From Ylistrum balloti (Eukaryota), in the NCBI RefSeq assembly GCF_031769215.1, contig NW_026783096.1, positions 1 through 64,000 of the forward strand: a stretch of DNA of 64,000 nt, written 5' to 3'. Numbering within the stretch: the stretch's first letter is position 1; each line of letters begins with the position of its first letter. The notes under the pieces were generated by a model. That model made no database searches and was not told the origin of the DNA. It was given only the letters and a program-made list of their open reading frames with translations. The position numbers were made by a program, and so were the translations under genes. Shown here in pieces: positions 22,050 through 37,000 of this stretch.

Positions 22050-25000
22050 CTAAATAGATGTAACGAGCCCACTCATGACCGAATTTTGAATGACAAAAAA
22101 TGGCACGAATCAGCTTTTAATGATGTCTCGTTAAGTCACGCAATTTTTTATCGTAGTTATTTCTTCAAAAGTCATATTTTATTAAATTATGAGATTAATG
22201 TATTCATGTATTATTTTTGATTTGGAAACAAAGCTAAGAAATCAATTATCAATTTTTGATAGGAATATTTCAAGCTGGTATAAAAGAAAACTCTAATTGC
22301 GAGCTTATGAAAGCTTAATATAACTTACGTCATCCTGAGTAGATGAATGGTATTTGGAACCACAACAATATTTTCGTCTGGATGATTTCGGTATACAGCT
22401 ACACAACAGGTCACCCACAGGAACAGTGAGACTTTTGTCTACAGCATCTGACTCTGGTTAAAATGTAAACCACAAACAATTTCTAATAAGCACGTGACGA
22501 GATTTACTCATCACTAGAAACAATAATTTGCCAATATAGTAAAATTGCCTTTCCCATATATACCATTTTCAACAATTTCCCCGTGTAAAGTTGTATACTA
22601 CATTTTCCAAATCAGTGACACGAAAAAAAGGATTTCTTAAATTAATAATACTCCTTTAATTTTGAGATGAAAGCACCAAAGAAAATATTGAGTTACTTAC
22701 GTCTAAGGCGACTGATAAGCGATCCTGCTATGAGGACAGTAAATATACCGATTGGTCTCAGCCATTTATAGGAAATAGAATATAATATGTTGACACCTTC
22801 TCTGAAAGTAAATATGGATAATCAGTTGTTAGTATGAAAATCAAAACGAATTGTAATGTATTCAATGTTAACCAAAAATTACCAGTACACATTTGGAAAT
22901 CGATAGATTGAACGTTTTGATCAATTTTAAGGAAGGAACCAGACAGTTTTATGTGCTGTTATAAACTGAAAGATAGTATCAATCTGTATTCTTTCATATC
23001 CAGAATAATAAAACTGCATGTTTTGGTAATAGGTGTGATATTTCGTTGTTGAGAAAAAGCTACCAGAAAATTCAAACATGTCAACTTAACCTTCAGTCAA
23101 ACTCAAAATCAAAAAAAAAATGAAGGAAAGGAAGACAAATTTAATCTCCATGGCACCATTTGAACATACTAAAGGTTTTTAAGATGACAGATATGACAGG
23201 CATTCAGGATTTCGAACTAAATCGAAAAATACCAACAATTGGTCAGGACCATCTCCAGGTCATTTTTGGCAGTTTCCCACCATTTTAACTTGAAAGTTGT
23301 AAATGTAAAAAGAAGTTTACGTGCAAAGCAAGACAACCGACAAACACGATGGCTATTGGTCAGATGACCTATAAACTTGGAATTCAATGAACAATTACGA
23401 GGAGAATGAGATCAGCTGTAGAAAATACTTCTAAAGTTACGTACGGTCCTGACGAGGTGGTAATATCGGAAAGTTGCGATGATGCAAATGTCGACATATT
23501 ACTTGGTGCTATTGTACTGTTTATGTAGCTAGACATATTTGTATTGGTGATAAGAGAAACGTTTGGAAATATGCAGTTTTCCATAGAAGCTGGTTCAAGT
23601 TTTGTATTCACGCTGACTACATCATTTATGTATCGTCCGATCGCAAGCCATCCAACAAGTGCACAGCTCATACATCCACTAACCATGGCTCCCTGTAACA
23701 AACGCAATGTTCTTCAGCAGTCAAATTGGAGCCTCAGTTTTAATGATAGGAAGATTACATTATATAAAAAGATGGAGATATACACATCTTAGCAGTGTAA
23801 GGTCGGTAAATTACAGAATGATTTTATAATTGAGACAATTGAATAGGTAAAGAATATTGAAGAATATGAAAGTTAATTAAGGTGGAAATTGGAATTTATC
23901 AAAGCGTGTCAAATATTTTGTTTAGGAGAAAAGAAAATTGAAAGAGTTAATCACTTGAAAGGATTTTAAAGTTGTCAGAACTATTAATATCATACATTAC
24001 CATTGTGTTCATGTCTCCTGCAATTACCTACATATCTTACCAATGACTTTGTTAAGATGAAAATTACCAATGACTTTGTAGTACTGAAATTGGTATCTTA
24101 CCAATGAAGTAGAAATATAACGATTACAGAAGTCAATGATAATTTATCAATTATAAACTTGTTACTGCAATCAGTATCTTACCTACGAAGTAGAAATTTA
24201 TCGATGCCTTACTCAAATTAATATCTTAAAAAAAGAAGTTGAATTTAACAGACGGGTTTCTAATTAGTGTAACTGAATATCTTACCAATGAGTTTGCTCG
24301 TGGACAAAACAGTCCAAGCAGAAATATACCGATAATTGCTCCTCTTAAACAGGAACTTGTAGTTCGGAATATCTGAAAGTAGTAAACCAAGTCTCATACT
24401 TAACACCATCCAAATAACAATAAGTAACGACAGCACACAAAATACACAGGACGGCGAATACAAGCTGGTATCAATGACAGTTGGATGAAATTTAATGGGC
24501 AGAATATTCTTTCTTAGGTCGCCTGTCGTCGTGCGTCGTGCGCCGTGCGTCGTGCGTCTTTAACTTTTCACATATTCGACTTCTTCTCAAGAACCACGGA
24601 ATAGATTTTGACCAAACTTGGCACAAAGCATCCCAATAGGAAGCCACTTCAAGTTTGTGAAGAAAAAGGGCGTGGCCCCAATAGGGGCCTCAGGGGGGGG
24701 GGGTGGGGAAAGGGAGTAAAATTAGGTAAATCTTTAAAAATCTTCTTCTCCTGAACCAACAGTCAGATTAAGTTCATATTTGATATTTAGGGTCCTTATG
24801 GTAAGGTCTACAAAGTTTGCGAATGAAAAAAAAATTGGGTCAAAAACAGCACCACTAGGGGGCGCTAAAACGGGTCAAAATTCAACTTTGACCGTTTTCA
24901 ACCAAATTTGGTAGAAAGCATCTCTTAGTGAAGGACATATGAAATTATGTTGACAAAAGTGACTATGTCCTCTTTGGGGCCGATAAGGGGTGTAAAAGGG

Positions 25001-28000
25001 GCCATATGTAAAAACCTTCATTAAATGACGACTTCTCAAGAACCAGTAGATGGATTTTGACCAAACTTGGCACAAAGTATCCCCATTGGAGGCCGCTTCA
25101 GGTTTGTGAAGAAAAAGGGCGTGACCCTAATAGGGGCCCCAGGAGGGGGGAAAAGGGGAAACTTGATACGAATGTTCTACACATGATCCTGGCAAGTGTT
25201 TTCACTTTTTGGGGCGATTCAAAATCCAAGATGGCCACCCTGGCCTCTGTTTGGCTAAGACATTATGGACTTTCTCTCAAGAAACATTGGGTGGGTCATG
25301 TTCAAACTTTGTACAGATGTTTCACACATGGTCCTGCACAAATGTTGTCACATTTTTGCAACATTTTAAAATCCCCAGATTATTGACATATATTCTTCAG
25401 GTGACCGCTAAGGCCCCTTGGGCCTCTTGTTATGAATAATATTTATATTTGGTCTCATAGGATGGAAACTGTTCTTTCACCCGTAAGCAAAACTCATCTA
25501 AGAATCCACCACACTCAATTAAAAGTAACACTTTTGATGAAAGTTTTTTTCCTTATCTTCTGAATTGTCCTCCATTTTTGTATATTTATTTTTAAAGGAC
25601 ACGTAGTTGAATTTAGCTCTGCTGGAATATTTTTCAACATAACGTTAAATACCACTGAATCATTTACACTATGTCGCTATGTCAATGAACCGTTATCATC
25701 CAATCTTCATGCTTTGATAAAGGAGAATTATTCTAAATAAAAATTTCCCGGTGTTCGACATAGATTAATGCTTGATAGCTGTTTCAGATGATCTATTCAT
25801 ATTCATCATTTACCTCTCTGAATCGGTTTAACTGTCTTTATGTAGGTAAACAGCTTGCTGATAAAATAAAATGTTACGCATTTCTATAATCTTTTCTATT
25901 CACTCCATGAACAAAAGCAAAGTGAATACAGATGTTTACGTTTTGATTCACGTGCATGTATCAGGGCATGTTCTCTTATCTTACCCGTAAATCATTACCG
26001 TCATCATTACTGTCACCGGGTATTCAATATTTGTTCTATTGTATGTAAGTAAAATGGAACGTTATTACCTGTACGATTGGGCCTTCAAGACCGGAAACCA
26101 GGAAGGCAACGACAACACCAATAGCTCCAAACACCAGGACTGGTGGAAATATAAATAACTACATTTTGTATACAGAATGGGGGATTTTTTTTTTTTTTTT
26201 TTTTTTTTCCTTATTACTTATTTTATTATCGTTGTTCCTAAGGAAAAATCAGAAGATTCTTCCAAATACAAAACACTTTGGTTTCTGATTTACTTTTCAA
26301 TGCATCAGAACAAGACAAAGCTAAAGTATCAGCAATACATCGTAATGAACTTGAAGTAAAACAAATACAACAGATACAAAATTAGCAACGTGTTTGATGA
26401 TGAATGTAATCATGCTGTGTCTTACCTGATAGCTGTGTGATAATTGTAGACTTTCTATTCGACATAGACTTTGTATGGGGTTTTACTATATCCTCCCAAA
26501 ACAATGTTGAAAGACCACTCACTGTGGACGACATTGTGCTGAAGAGAAATTAATACCATTTAGGTTAATAAGCTGGTCCTGAATTCAACAACAATATAAC
26601 GGCAAAAAAACGAAAGAAGGAAAAGTTTTCTTTCCTTAAAATCATTTCAGAAAAATCCACTGCGATTATTTCAAAACTATTTGAACAACTCTCATCTAGT
26701 TGCATTTAAAATGTACTGTGTTCTATTGTGTGTCATTTAATTACACTTATCCTATCATACATCATACTTTAGTTTCGTAATTAATATTTTCCAAACTTTT
26801 GACATATATCTTTTTTCTGGAGGCTGTCCATTGATTGCATTGCATTGATTAACAATTATTTTAAAATAAAGTGATTATTTTGAAAAGCCCCCTTCAAAAC
26901 TAACGATAATCCAAATATAGCGCGAAACGCTGCGCCCTCTGGTGGGGAGAAAATTGTTTGTAAACAAATGCATGCGATATGGAGGCATCAAGTGACGAAA
27001 CGGTGAATTGTTATTTGATGGTTTAAATCTGCCAAACACGGTCTGACATACATAAAATATCACCAGCGATGATGACGTATCACTTACCAACTGTCTAGGA
27101 GAGTCTTCATTACTTTGGAAAAGTTTCATTCTTGAACTTGTCCATCTATCGTTCTGCTCTCTTATTGTTATTCGAGGGTGAGCATTTTGACACTGGCCTT
27201 TTCTACGTTTTTGTGTGCGATGACGTGACCCGTTTGCTACAAACACGCTTCGACTGGGAAGCCAGATTTGTTTAGTTTTTTCAAACGCATTTGCGCATGC
27301 TCACAGGTCAAAGTGTGCATTGGCGACTTGCTCATTTGCATCTGAACAGACGATTAGGATTTCCCATATAATTAATTAAAAATCCGACGGAAAACACGCG
27401 CTTGTATCAATATGTCGGCGAGGAAAGTTCATTTGGATTATAGAACTACATTTTTACGGATGAATTTTTAACAAACTTCACCTAATAGCCCCTTTATTGT
27501 TTAGTATGAGGTACAGAATATTCATATCCTATTGATACCTGACGCCTGTATTGCTCCAGAATATCGGATATTCTTGTTACTAATAAAGATATAATATTTT
27601 GACCAATAAGCAAATGCATTATTTTAAACAAGAGTTATAACTTCTATTCGGAGGAACTGACAAAGTCTTAACTGGTCTTGATTATATTGTTACTAACTAC
27701 GAATATTTATAATAATTTATAATTATCTCATTAAATGCACAAGTCAATCAAAAGCATTCATAGACGCGATTGACCTCACTTGATCTGGTCTTTACGAATA
27801 TTTTGTAAATATACCAAACATAAACATTTTCCCTACCTCAACGATGCACTAAATATTGCTGCTAAGTACAATCCGGGGAGGCATGGGGTGTTCTTAAAGA
27901 TGTCGACTACCATTTTTGCAATTAACTGAAAGTGATAAATATAAACAAAATATTACATGTTTCCATAATTTCAAAGCAAATGAACATTGAAAATAATTTA

Positions 28001-31000
28001 ACGATAATGAAACTTATCAACAGGAAATTGTCAGTAATTACTAAGCTTTGACATATAGCATGACTTTAAGCGGTATTTTTTCGGATAGTAGCAAATTTTG
28101 TTACAAAACGTTTATTTTTTTTTTCAATTATATCATTCTGTCCCGTTGTATCATGGTAGCCGCGGTTAGGTATCAAACATCGTAGGAACTTCGTTTCACA
28201 ATCCACAATTTGACATATCATGTTTCTAATTTCTAATACAAGATTTGTATTGCAATGGGTTTTTTTTATGTCTGTTCGCACTATTCCTTTTAGACAATTC
28301 TCATATGATTATGTCATAACTATTGTTGCAAGGTTTTTTTTGGGGGGAGGCGGTTTTTTCAATCATGATCACAACATTTAGATATATTCACATATCCAAT
28401 GTGTTATATCCATGTAAATGATATCAACATTGATTCATTGTTGTGGTTTTGCGGCCACTTTCCCCTTTAACATTAATTTTTCTTTTGTTTTACATACTAC
28501 GGTATAATCCATAAAGAACGAATAAATAAGAAAATAAAAATGAACTGAGGTAACTCAACTATAATACACAGTTTGAAATCTACAAAAACTTACCTGGTTC
28601 GGATTATTCACCTCCTTTGATTCCAATGGATCACAACCTTTTGCGTTATAGTACGCAAACAGAACGACTCCTTCCAGAGCAGCGATCAGGTTAGTTATAA
28701 GAAAAGCAAATGCCGTAAAGAGGTACATTCTGAAAGAAATCATGGTACTAGTAAATAACGTATAATTGTTGGTGTTATCAATAGAATAATCAAATACAAA
28801 GTTGTGAACTATTCTTTATTCATATTTCTAAAACGAATTTCATCAAGGATTGTTTATCTTTGCTGGTTGCCAGGATTCACAGTGCAAATATTTTTTTATC
28901 GAAGGGATCTGGCGCTTTGAGAGAGAAAACAACAAACTTACAATCAAGCCAAGTCATATAATCAAATGTTTGTACACTATTCGTTCCGCCATTTGTCCTA
29001 CTATTTTTTTATTTATATTTATTTTACTCTAAATATTGCATTATTAAATCATTACATATTTACTTACATATCAATATGCTGATGTGATTTTATGGGGAAA
29101 AACACTTTTTGATGCATTTACAGTTTTAAATAAAATCTTCGTGAAGATTTGTTAGTTGCTAAACAATCATAGCAGGTAAAATGCATATACCAGAATGTTG
29201 CTGAAATGTATTTTTAAGGTATGAAAACCAATCGCCATGACTTTTTCTGTCTACACAGTGGATGTGGTAAATTCCTGACGCAAACAAGACGTTTTATAAA
29301 GCTAAATCCAATTAGACTTTAAAAATCATTTCTGGAATTGAATTAAGTATTTAATAAATAAGTAAGACCAGTGAAGGCATATACAGTTAAGAATATTTCA
29401 CACTATAAAACCAGATTTTATGTTAATGACCAGCTATCCTAATTGAAATCATTTGTAATCTGATCATTGAGACAAGCTTCCTATTATAACACGCCAAACG
29501 CTGTTTTGTTTTTTTGTTTCGTTTTTTTTTTTTTTTTTTTTTTCTGTTTTAGTGCTTTTTAATAACAAAGCTTAACACACTATACTTTCCATATTGTTTC
29601 TACATGTATAGCATGGTCGGTATATGCTCCATGGTTACAACATCATATTGAAACTTTACAACCTAAAGAATGTATTTAAATAAGTTGATAGAAAATATAT
29701 TAATTGGACGACCTCTTTTCCAACACACCTCTTTGCTGATTTCACTGTTGGTGTAGCCTTAATTCTCAGAAATGACACCTGTGTTAGTGGTACCCCTAGA
29801 CCAGAGATAGTGCTCCCGACAACGAGGCTCCAAAACGTCTGTCGAAGTGTTGGATCAGGATCAAAGCTGATTAGGGAATAAAAGATTTGTAGCATAAAAT
29901 AATGGTATCATTATAAAGATATGGTGAATTAAAAGTAAGAATGAGGAGTAAAAATACTACAAGAATTTTCATTTATCATCCCCATCTGGAATTGAACTTT
30001 ACAAAATTAAGGAAAACAATGTCCCACATATGCATGTCATTTGGAATATTATCGTCATGATTCTCAACCAATCAACCAACATCCTTTAACAAACAAAAGC
30101 ACAAACTTCTACTTGTGATATTTCGCATGGATAAAGACGCCTTAACTGAAGTTTTATCGTGAAACGACGTCAAGATTTGTGAATGTGTTGAAATGATAAT
30201 GTCATACTTGAAAAGATTCATACGCCCTTTGTCACTAAACGATGTCCATGTCGCCGCAATTCCTCCCGCATCAATGGTACCCTGATTCAACAGACATTAC
30301 ATGTTATAAATAATATTTTAAGACCTCCACTTGCCCTAGTTTAAGTTTTTAAATTCGATAATCGTATATATGATTTTACTTTGACGTTGTTCTATGAATT
30401 AAACACCATTTGCAATGAAACATATTAAATAGGCATCGTCATGTATTCAAATAATGACTTCAATAAATCTAATATGTAATATTACCTTGATTAGCAGTAC
30501 AAATATTCCACCAAACATCAAAATCGCTTGAACAACGTCCGACCACACCACGGCTTGAAATCCCCCCTAGAAAAGTACAAATATTTTATTCTCTTGCAAA
30601 TAATTTTAGTCCATTCAAATCAGGATGAAATGATTACTACTAGATTGTCCCTGCTTCTGCTTTTATCATTCTCACATGTTTTATCAGTTATCTTTCGATC
30701 AGGACAATAATACTTCCCATGATCCATTGTTACTGACACCACACTTGAAATATATCCCAATATATCATATCATATATCTTCTCAATCAATTTCCGTGTTC
30801 ATAAAAACATTATTAGAAATTTCTCGACAATAACTTTAACAAATTCGATGAAAGACGGAATATAAAATTATCATAAAGTATAATTTTTAATGTTGAATGA
30901 TTACGGCCGAAATCTAATCGGATGTAAAACTGTTTATTGTAATGTTGTGGAAACGAAATACCAAATATCTCTAAGGTTCACTGGATATACGCATACAGAA

Positions 31001-34000
31001 GCCTTTCTGTTGATGACTGTGCCAGAAAATTGGCGAAACGTGAACGTGATGCATTGGTGTCACTTTTCACTTTGCGGTTGTCGGTGCTGATGATATGAAT
31101 CCCTTTTAAATGTCTAACGTGTTATCTCCACATTCAAGACGTTCGGTTAGGAATTAAATTGATCTCTAATCAGGTAATTTGCTTGCATTGTTTGCTAACT
31201 TTCACGGAAATGAACGTTTGTCATGGATTGAAGGTTATGTCATTAGTAAACTACCCCTTCAGATGTCTGATGTTGTTTTGTTTGTTTAGTTTTTGTACCA
31301 GGCATTATGATTTGTCAATAATCACGATTTTCGTACAAGAAGTCGTCAGCTGACTGACAAACTCGTAACACAAGGATTAAAAAGATGTAGGTTGATGAAA
31401 ATTATGTGGATGTATCATGGTAGTTTGCTGGTTGGTTCCGTTGTTGTATATGTTGACCGTAACATTACTTTCTTGGATTGACCAAGGTTTACATAGTGAG
31501 TGACATCGATGAAGCAGAAGACGCTCACTGTTCCAGAAATCCTGGTCCGATTCTCCTTGTACATTTTCAGGAGTCCCGAGTATTTTTGTTCTGTTTACAT
31601 TTTGGCCTAGTTTATGGAATTTGAGTTTGTAATAACAATTACATTGTCATGTTGTTTTTTTCCCCTTTACCATTAACATGACCGAGGACCACAAAATGTA
31701 ATCAGATAGAGGAAGTGAATTTTTCATTCAAATTAATTACTTTGACTAATTATGGGTATGATTATATGTTTTGTTTCATTAATAAACTTACAATGTAAGT
31801 ATAAATGACCACTACGACCATAACGCCGACAATGGACACCCAATCTGGAATCTCCGCCACTACAACACGAAAATCATTTATGCAAATCATGCATTCACCA
31901 ACAAAGGTATTACTATTTTATAACGAACTCTTAAAAGCATCTTCATGTTTGTCGACTTTGTTCACAGATTAATCATTTTGCAGCCACATCTCCGTCATTT
32001 CAAATAGTGTCTATACATGTTCTAACTATCCGTTCTTTTGAACCACAATTTACTCTTAATTTTCGCTTTGAGTTGTAATCCTTACCCTCCTCCAGTGTCA
32101 CTGCAGGAACAAATAATACCGTTCCTAGGTAGTTTAGCTGCAAAACAAGTGAATTGTAAAATAAACCACCATCAATCAGCTAGAAAATACCATGTTGTTA
32201 TCAATTAGCGTTCCTTCAACATTCCTTCTAATAAATATGAATTGATTTAACTTTTCAATATCTCGTCAATTACTCACTTTGTTGTACTGAACGAAAATCT
32301 CTTTCCTTAATTAATGTACCCTAAACGTTTTGCTGTAATCAACAACTTTGTAATACACAATAAATGGCAAAGAAAGTCCGAACGTCGTAATTAAATCCCT
32401 TTCTCAGATATTGTAACAGATCTGAAATGCACACCTTTGACTCAGCAGTGATCGCCTCCAATGAGTTACCCACATCTCTGACGTTACTCATTTAACCCAG
32501 TCCTATAGTAAATATACTAGGAAACGTACATCGTGCACTGGATATTCAAGTTTTTATCTATTTATGGCATGTATTCCATTGACACTTAAATATTACACTT
32601 TCAATTATGAACTGGATTTCTTTTGAGTAGATTGATGATGTATGATATGCAGGTGTCCAAACACACATGCGGATGTTATCTTTACTTTTTTTATAACCTG
32701 TGAATCTAGTGACTCTAAATGATATACCTTTTATAATCCAATTGCTCTGGGGGAATTATGACGAACTCTTAATTTACACAACCGAGTGAAATTCAAAAAT
32801 AATAAATGACAGTGCACCCGGCACCCTGTTTTTACAAATGGCATTATGATATTGAGAAAATATTCAAGTACAAACACGTTTATTTTGATATTCGTTATGA
32901 AAGCTGAAAAAATGTGAATAAGCAAGCCGTATTTGTGATAGATATAGTGTTGCATTAATTAGTAGTATATGGAGAAGATCATTTATTTCTTTTATATTTT
33001 TTTCCCAATCCATCGACTTTCCAAGTGCGTAATGTACAAAATCAAGCATTTTGAAGAGAGGGAACTTTTCGCGCAAGTCTGGCAGAATATGAATCAACCA
33101 TTTTGATCAACCATGCGCATTTTAAACATATTTTTTATTTGGTCCTTATTCATTTCCTCGAAGGACGCGTAAACTACACAAATATACAAACTAAGTTCAA
33201 GTTAAGGATATCTCTTGCCTGGTAACATCCCTTTGATCGCATACATTTTCACACATACAAACATTAAAGTGATAAACACCATGTCTGAAATATGCTTATA
33301 TAATGTGCTTAGCTGTCATTATAGTTTATAATACATTACAGAAATATCATGAATAATAAAATTTGAAATTTACATTAATGTTGCCGTTCATCATGAATAT
33401 GTATAGGTGGGTTTTAGGCAATATCACTCTATGCACCATTTGTAAAAAAAATCTATGAAATGAGAGCGCAGAACAATCCTCCACTAATTTGACAATACAA
33501 AAGAATTTATCATTCCAATAGCCGGTTTTGGTTTTTATTCAAATAGCGTATAGTCGGTTACTTTTGCGAGAATATTTTCACTTTTAGCGGTATGTTAACG
33601 TGACCACAAAGAGTTAATCCGTGAAATAATGAGACACGTGTTTCCAATATGTCATTTTAGACCCAGATCATGAAATTTGTATTCGTTATCATAGTTAAAG
33701 AATTTTACTAAAACATATTGGCCAGTAAAAATAACCACCTTTACAGTGTTTTATAACCTTAAACGGCTCATTAAACTCCCACGTCACATTATATTATTTT
33801 AAGTGATGCCTTTATTGTATTATTTATGTCTGTTTGTTTTGTTAACGTCAAAAATTATTAAACTTTAGTTTAAACTTTCATTTCTTACAAAATTTCGGAG
33901 GCAGAATTTAGACAATAAACAACATTTCTGTTATAATTTTTTCTAGTTTAGATAGAAAGATAGCAAAATATTAAATCACGGTTATTATACATATTAAAGC

Positions 34001-37000
34001 GATTTGAATGACCTATAAATAAGTCACTTGTTGGTCTTAATGTAAAGTTGTAGTGTAGATATTTCTTACTTTAACGAAATGGTATTCATATCTGATATAA
34101 ATGTCCATCTAAATATATTTGACGGCGAAGATATTTGGTCCCGCACTGTTTACAGACAGATCTAAACATGATCTTGCATACTAAAATCCAACTTATTTGT
34201 AAGATTATTGTTAAAAATGAAACATAATTTATCATAAATGGTCTGTTTTGCCATGTCACACGTCCATGTAACCAAAATCGTAAGAAACATAGTCACGTCT
34301 TGATGACTGTCTCAGCAGATAAAAACTTACTTTAAAGGGAAGTCAATTTGAGAGTTTTTCCATTTGCCAGAAAAACCGTATTCAAAGGGTTCATGTCGTG
34401 TCAAATTATTAAACTCGTTAAATAAATTCCATCTTATATTGACACTCATGTAACCTCTTTCTGTAAATATATGCAATTAAATATCCTATATGAAGATAGT
34501 TTGATTTCACTTAAATGTTTGACAGAAGAGTCAGATATCGTCGCCTTATTTCTCATAGATAAAATTTCCGCTTAAAAAGTATGGGATATGAGACGACTTT
34601 TTTATCAGGTTTAGCAGGATAAGAGTAATGATAATACCTACCCCTGAAATGATACTTAGCACTGTAGCAAACATTCGGATCCCGTGTGACTTGTACCGTA
34701 GTTCTAAATACTGCAATAAAAATGAAAGAAACATTTTCATATTTTTTATTTGTTTTATTGTTTGCAACTGTAATGTCTAACAGCATAACTTACAAACATC
34801 AGATGTATGATAACTGGTGATTAGATTTGTTTTCTTTAAATAACAAGACATTATTGATCATGTTTATCGTATATACATCAGAACTGACATTCAAGGATAC
34901 TACAGACTCTTCAACATCAGCCGCCTACCTCAATTTTCTACTTCAATCTAAACTTCAGATTGTGAGAGGTTTTTTTTTTTTTTTTTTTTTGTATTGCTGT
35001 ACAATATCAGTTATAGTGTTTACATGCCGCAGTTGATTAGATTGCAAGACCTGTTTCCATTTTCACGATTTTCGTGCAAGGAAAAGTAAACTGAAGGACA
35101 ACCCAGTAACACAGGATTTCAAGAGATACAGGTTGATGAAAATTATGGGGAAGCTTTATAGCCGTCATAGTGATCTCATTGAGAAATATTTCATTTCTTT
35201 GTGTGATATGAAGCTGAACGTGTTTGATGTCGTTTATTTGCCTGTTGGTTCCGTTTATGTTCACCTTGTGATATTACTTTCTTGAATGGATCAAGGTTTA
35301 CATGGCGTCCGGAACACCTGGTATTATTCTCCGTGTACTTTTCAGGAGTCTCCGCGTTTATATTTTGCTTTAGTTTTGTTGAAATGAATTTGGATAATGA
35401 TTATGTTGATTTTTTATTTTTTCACTCATACATTAAAAAATGTGCATGTGTTAAATGTTCATCCATTGCTCAATTACTTTATTGATTATAGCTTGAAACT
35501 TTACACAGGTAAGTTGTGTATGCCTCTCCATCATTTACATTGTCAGGCTGAAGTAGTACATTACTTTGTCTATCTTGTCAACGGTTTTTCGGTCATTAGT
35601 CCATCGCAAACACGTTTCTCGCCTAAAGATGTGTAAAAGCATAGTGTAACTACCTGTAATACACAAAACCAGCATAATTTTGGAAAACGTCTTTGATACT
35701 CCATCGCAAGGTTGAATGAAACTGATGAATTCCGCACCTGGCATGACCGAAGCCTTGTGATGTCCATTTGACCAAGAACAATGTAAATGTGCTGCCCTGG
35801 CCTGAAATGTTACCTGTTATGTCGCATATAGAACACGTGTGGGATGAGATGTTGCGTCGCTGACGTCACCTTCAAAATCAGCCGTTGACGTTACCAGACA
35901 TGTCACGTGCGTTTGTGAAAATATTAAATGTTATTTCCAAGCATTTTAAGCACACTTGTCGCATCAGTGTTGTCAAGCATGCAGCGATTCCAATGGTGGA
36001 CACACACGATGAGCTGGACTTTGTTTAGAGAACGTATGTGAAATCTGATCTCTTTCAAAGACGCTGCTGAGGCAATTACCATATAAATTGAGCTGATGTT
36101 AATTAAAAATAAGATAAAACACTGTTGAAATCTTTTTGGTGATTTCTTTTTTTCCGCTGGTATAAATATATAATCATGAATATATTTTCTATCTATGTGC
36201 CCTATTAAGTCCGTTTCATCCACTATGAAATAAGCATTGGTGTTCGTTATCGACACACACTCTTTTTAATGTCGTCGATGATTATGTATCCTAGTTTCTC
36301 GCATATTCAACTTATCAAAGCGTCTATCAGAAAGGAAATATCCCTCAGTTTGAATTGTAGGTACCACAGGGCGAAAACTCCTCAGACATTATGATTTCTT
36401 TGTTTATCTGGTTTTCGCTTTTATATTTTTACTGATTGTCTCTTGGATAAAAAGTGATAAAACACTTTTCGCATCAACATGGTAGTTATTACATAACAAG
36501 TACTTCGGTTGGACCTAAATTTACAAGGTGTGTAAAAAGTCTTTTTTATTGTCTGGTATTAACCTCTATGCACTGTTTTACGATTTGTTCTTTAGTCGTT
36601 GCAACAGTTCTAACTACATCGGTTGTCATTGTTATTTCTCAACTATGTGTGATAAATCTTCAAAATACTTAGAAAAGAAAAACGTGAAAAAAGGAAAAAC
36701 AAATGATCATACTAATCTCATACAGTAAAGCCCCGCTAAGTCGAACTCCTCGGGCCTGTGTCAATAGTTCGAGGAATACAGGGTATTCGAGTAATCAGAG
36801 GTTGGTCAAAATGCTTGTTATCACTAATATCACAGAGAGTAACGGCGTGTCGGCTTCAGTGACTATTTTTCTATACGTACTGTTTGTTTAGATAGGCCTA
36901 ATTACGGACACAAAGATATGTGAATCTAATCATAGAAAAATGCAAAAACAAACTCGTTGTTTAAAAGGCAGCTAAGGCATTAGCTTAATTTATGTATCGG

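Noticed and set aside
24260-24465. ORF 24260-24463 and the hydrophobic stretch LVFAVLCIL as an SLC5 exon
   Set aside because: The true exon 12 is 24286-24372 in another frame, and a better-matching exon 11 with correct phases exists at 26069-26139. Using the hydrophobic stretch would need a 27-nt intron and breaks the phase.
26875-27246. 123-aa ORF in SLC5 intron 9
   Set aside because: No recognisable domain, a non-ATG start and a composition typical of a chance ORF in a GC-richer patch.
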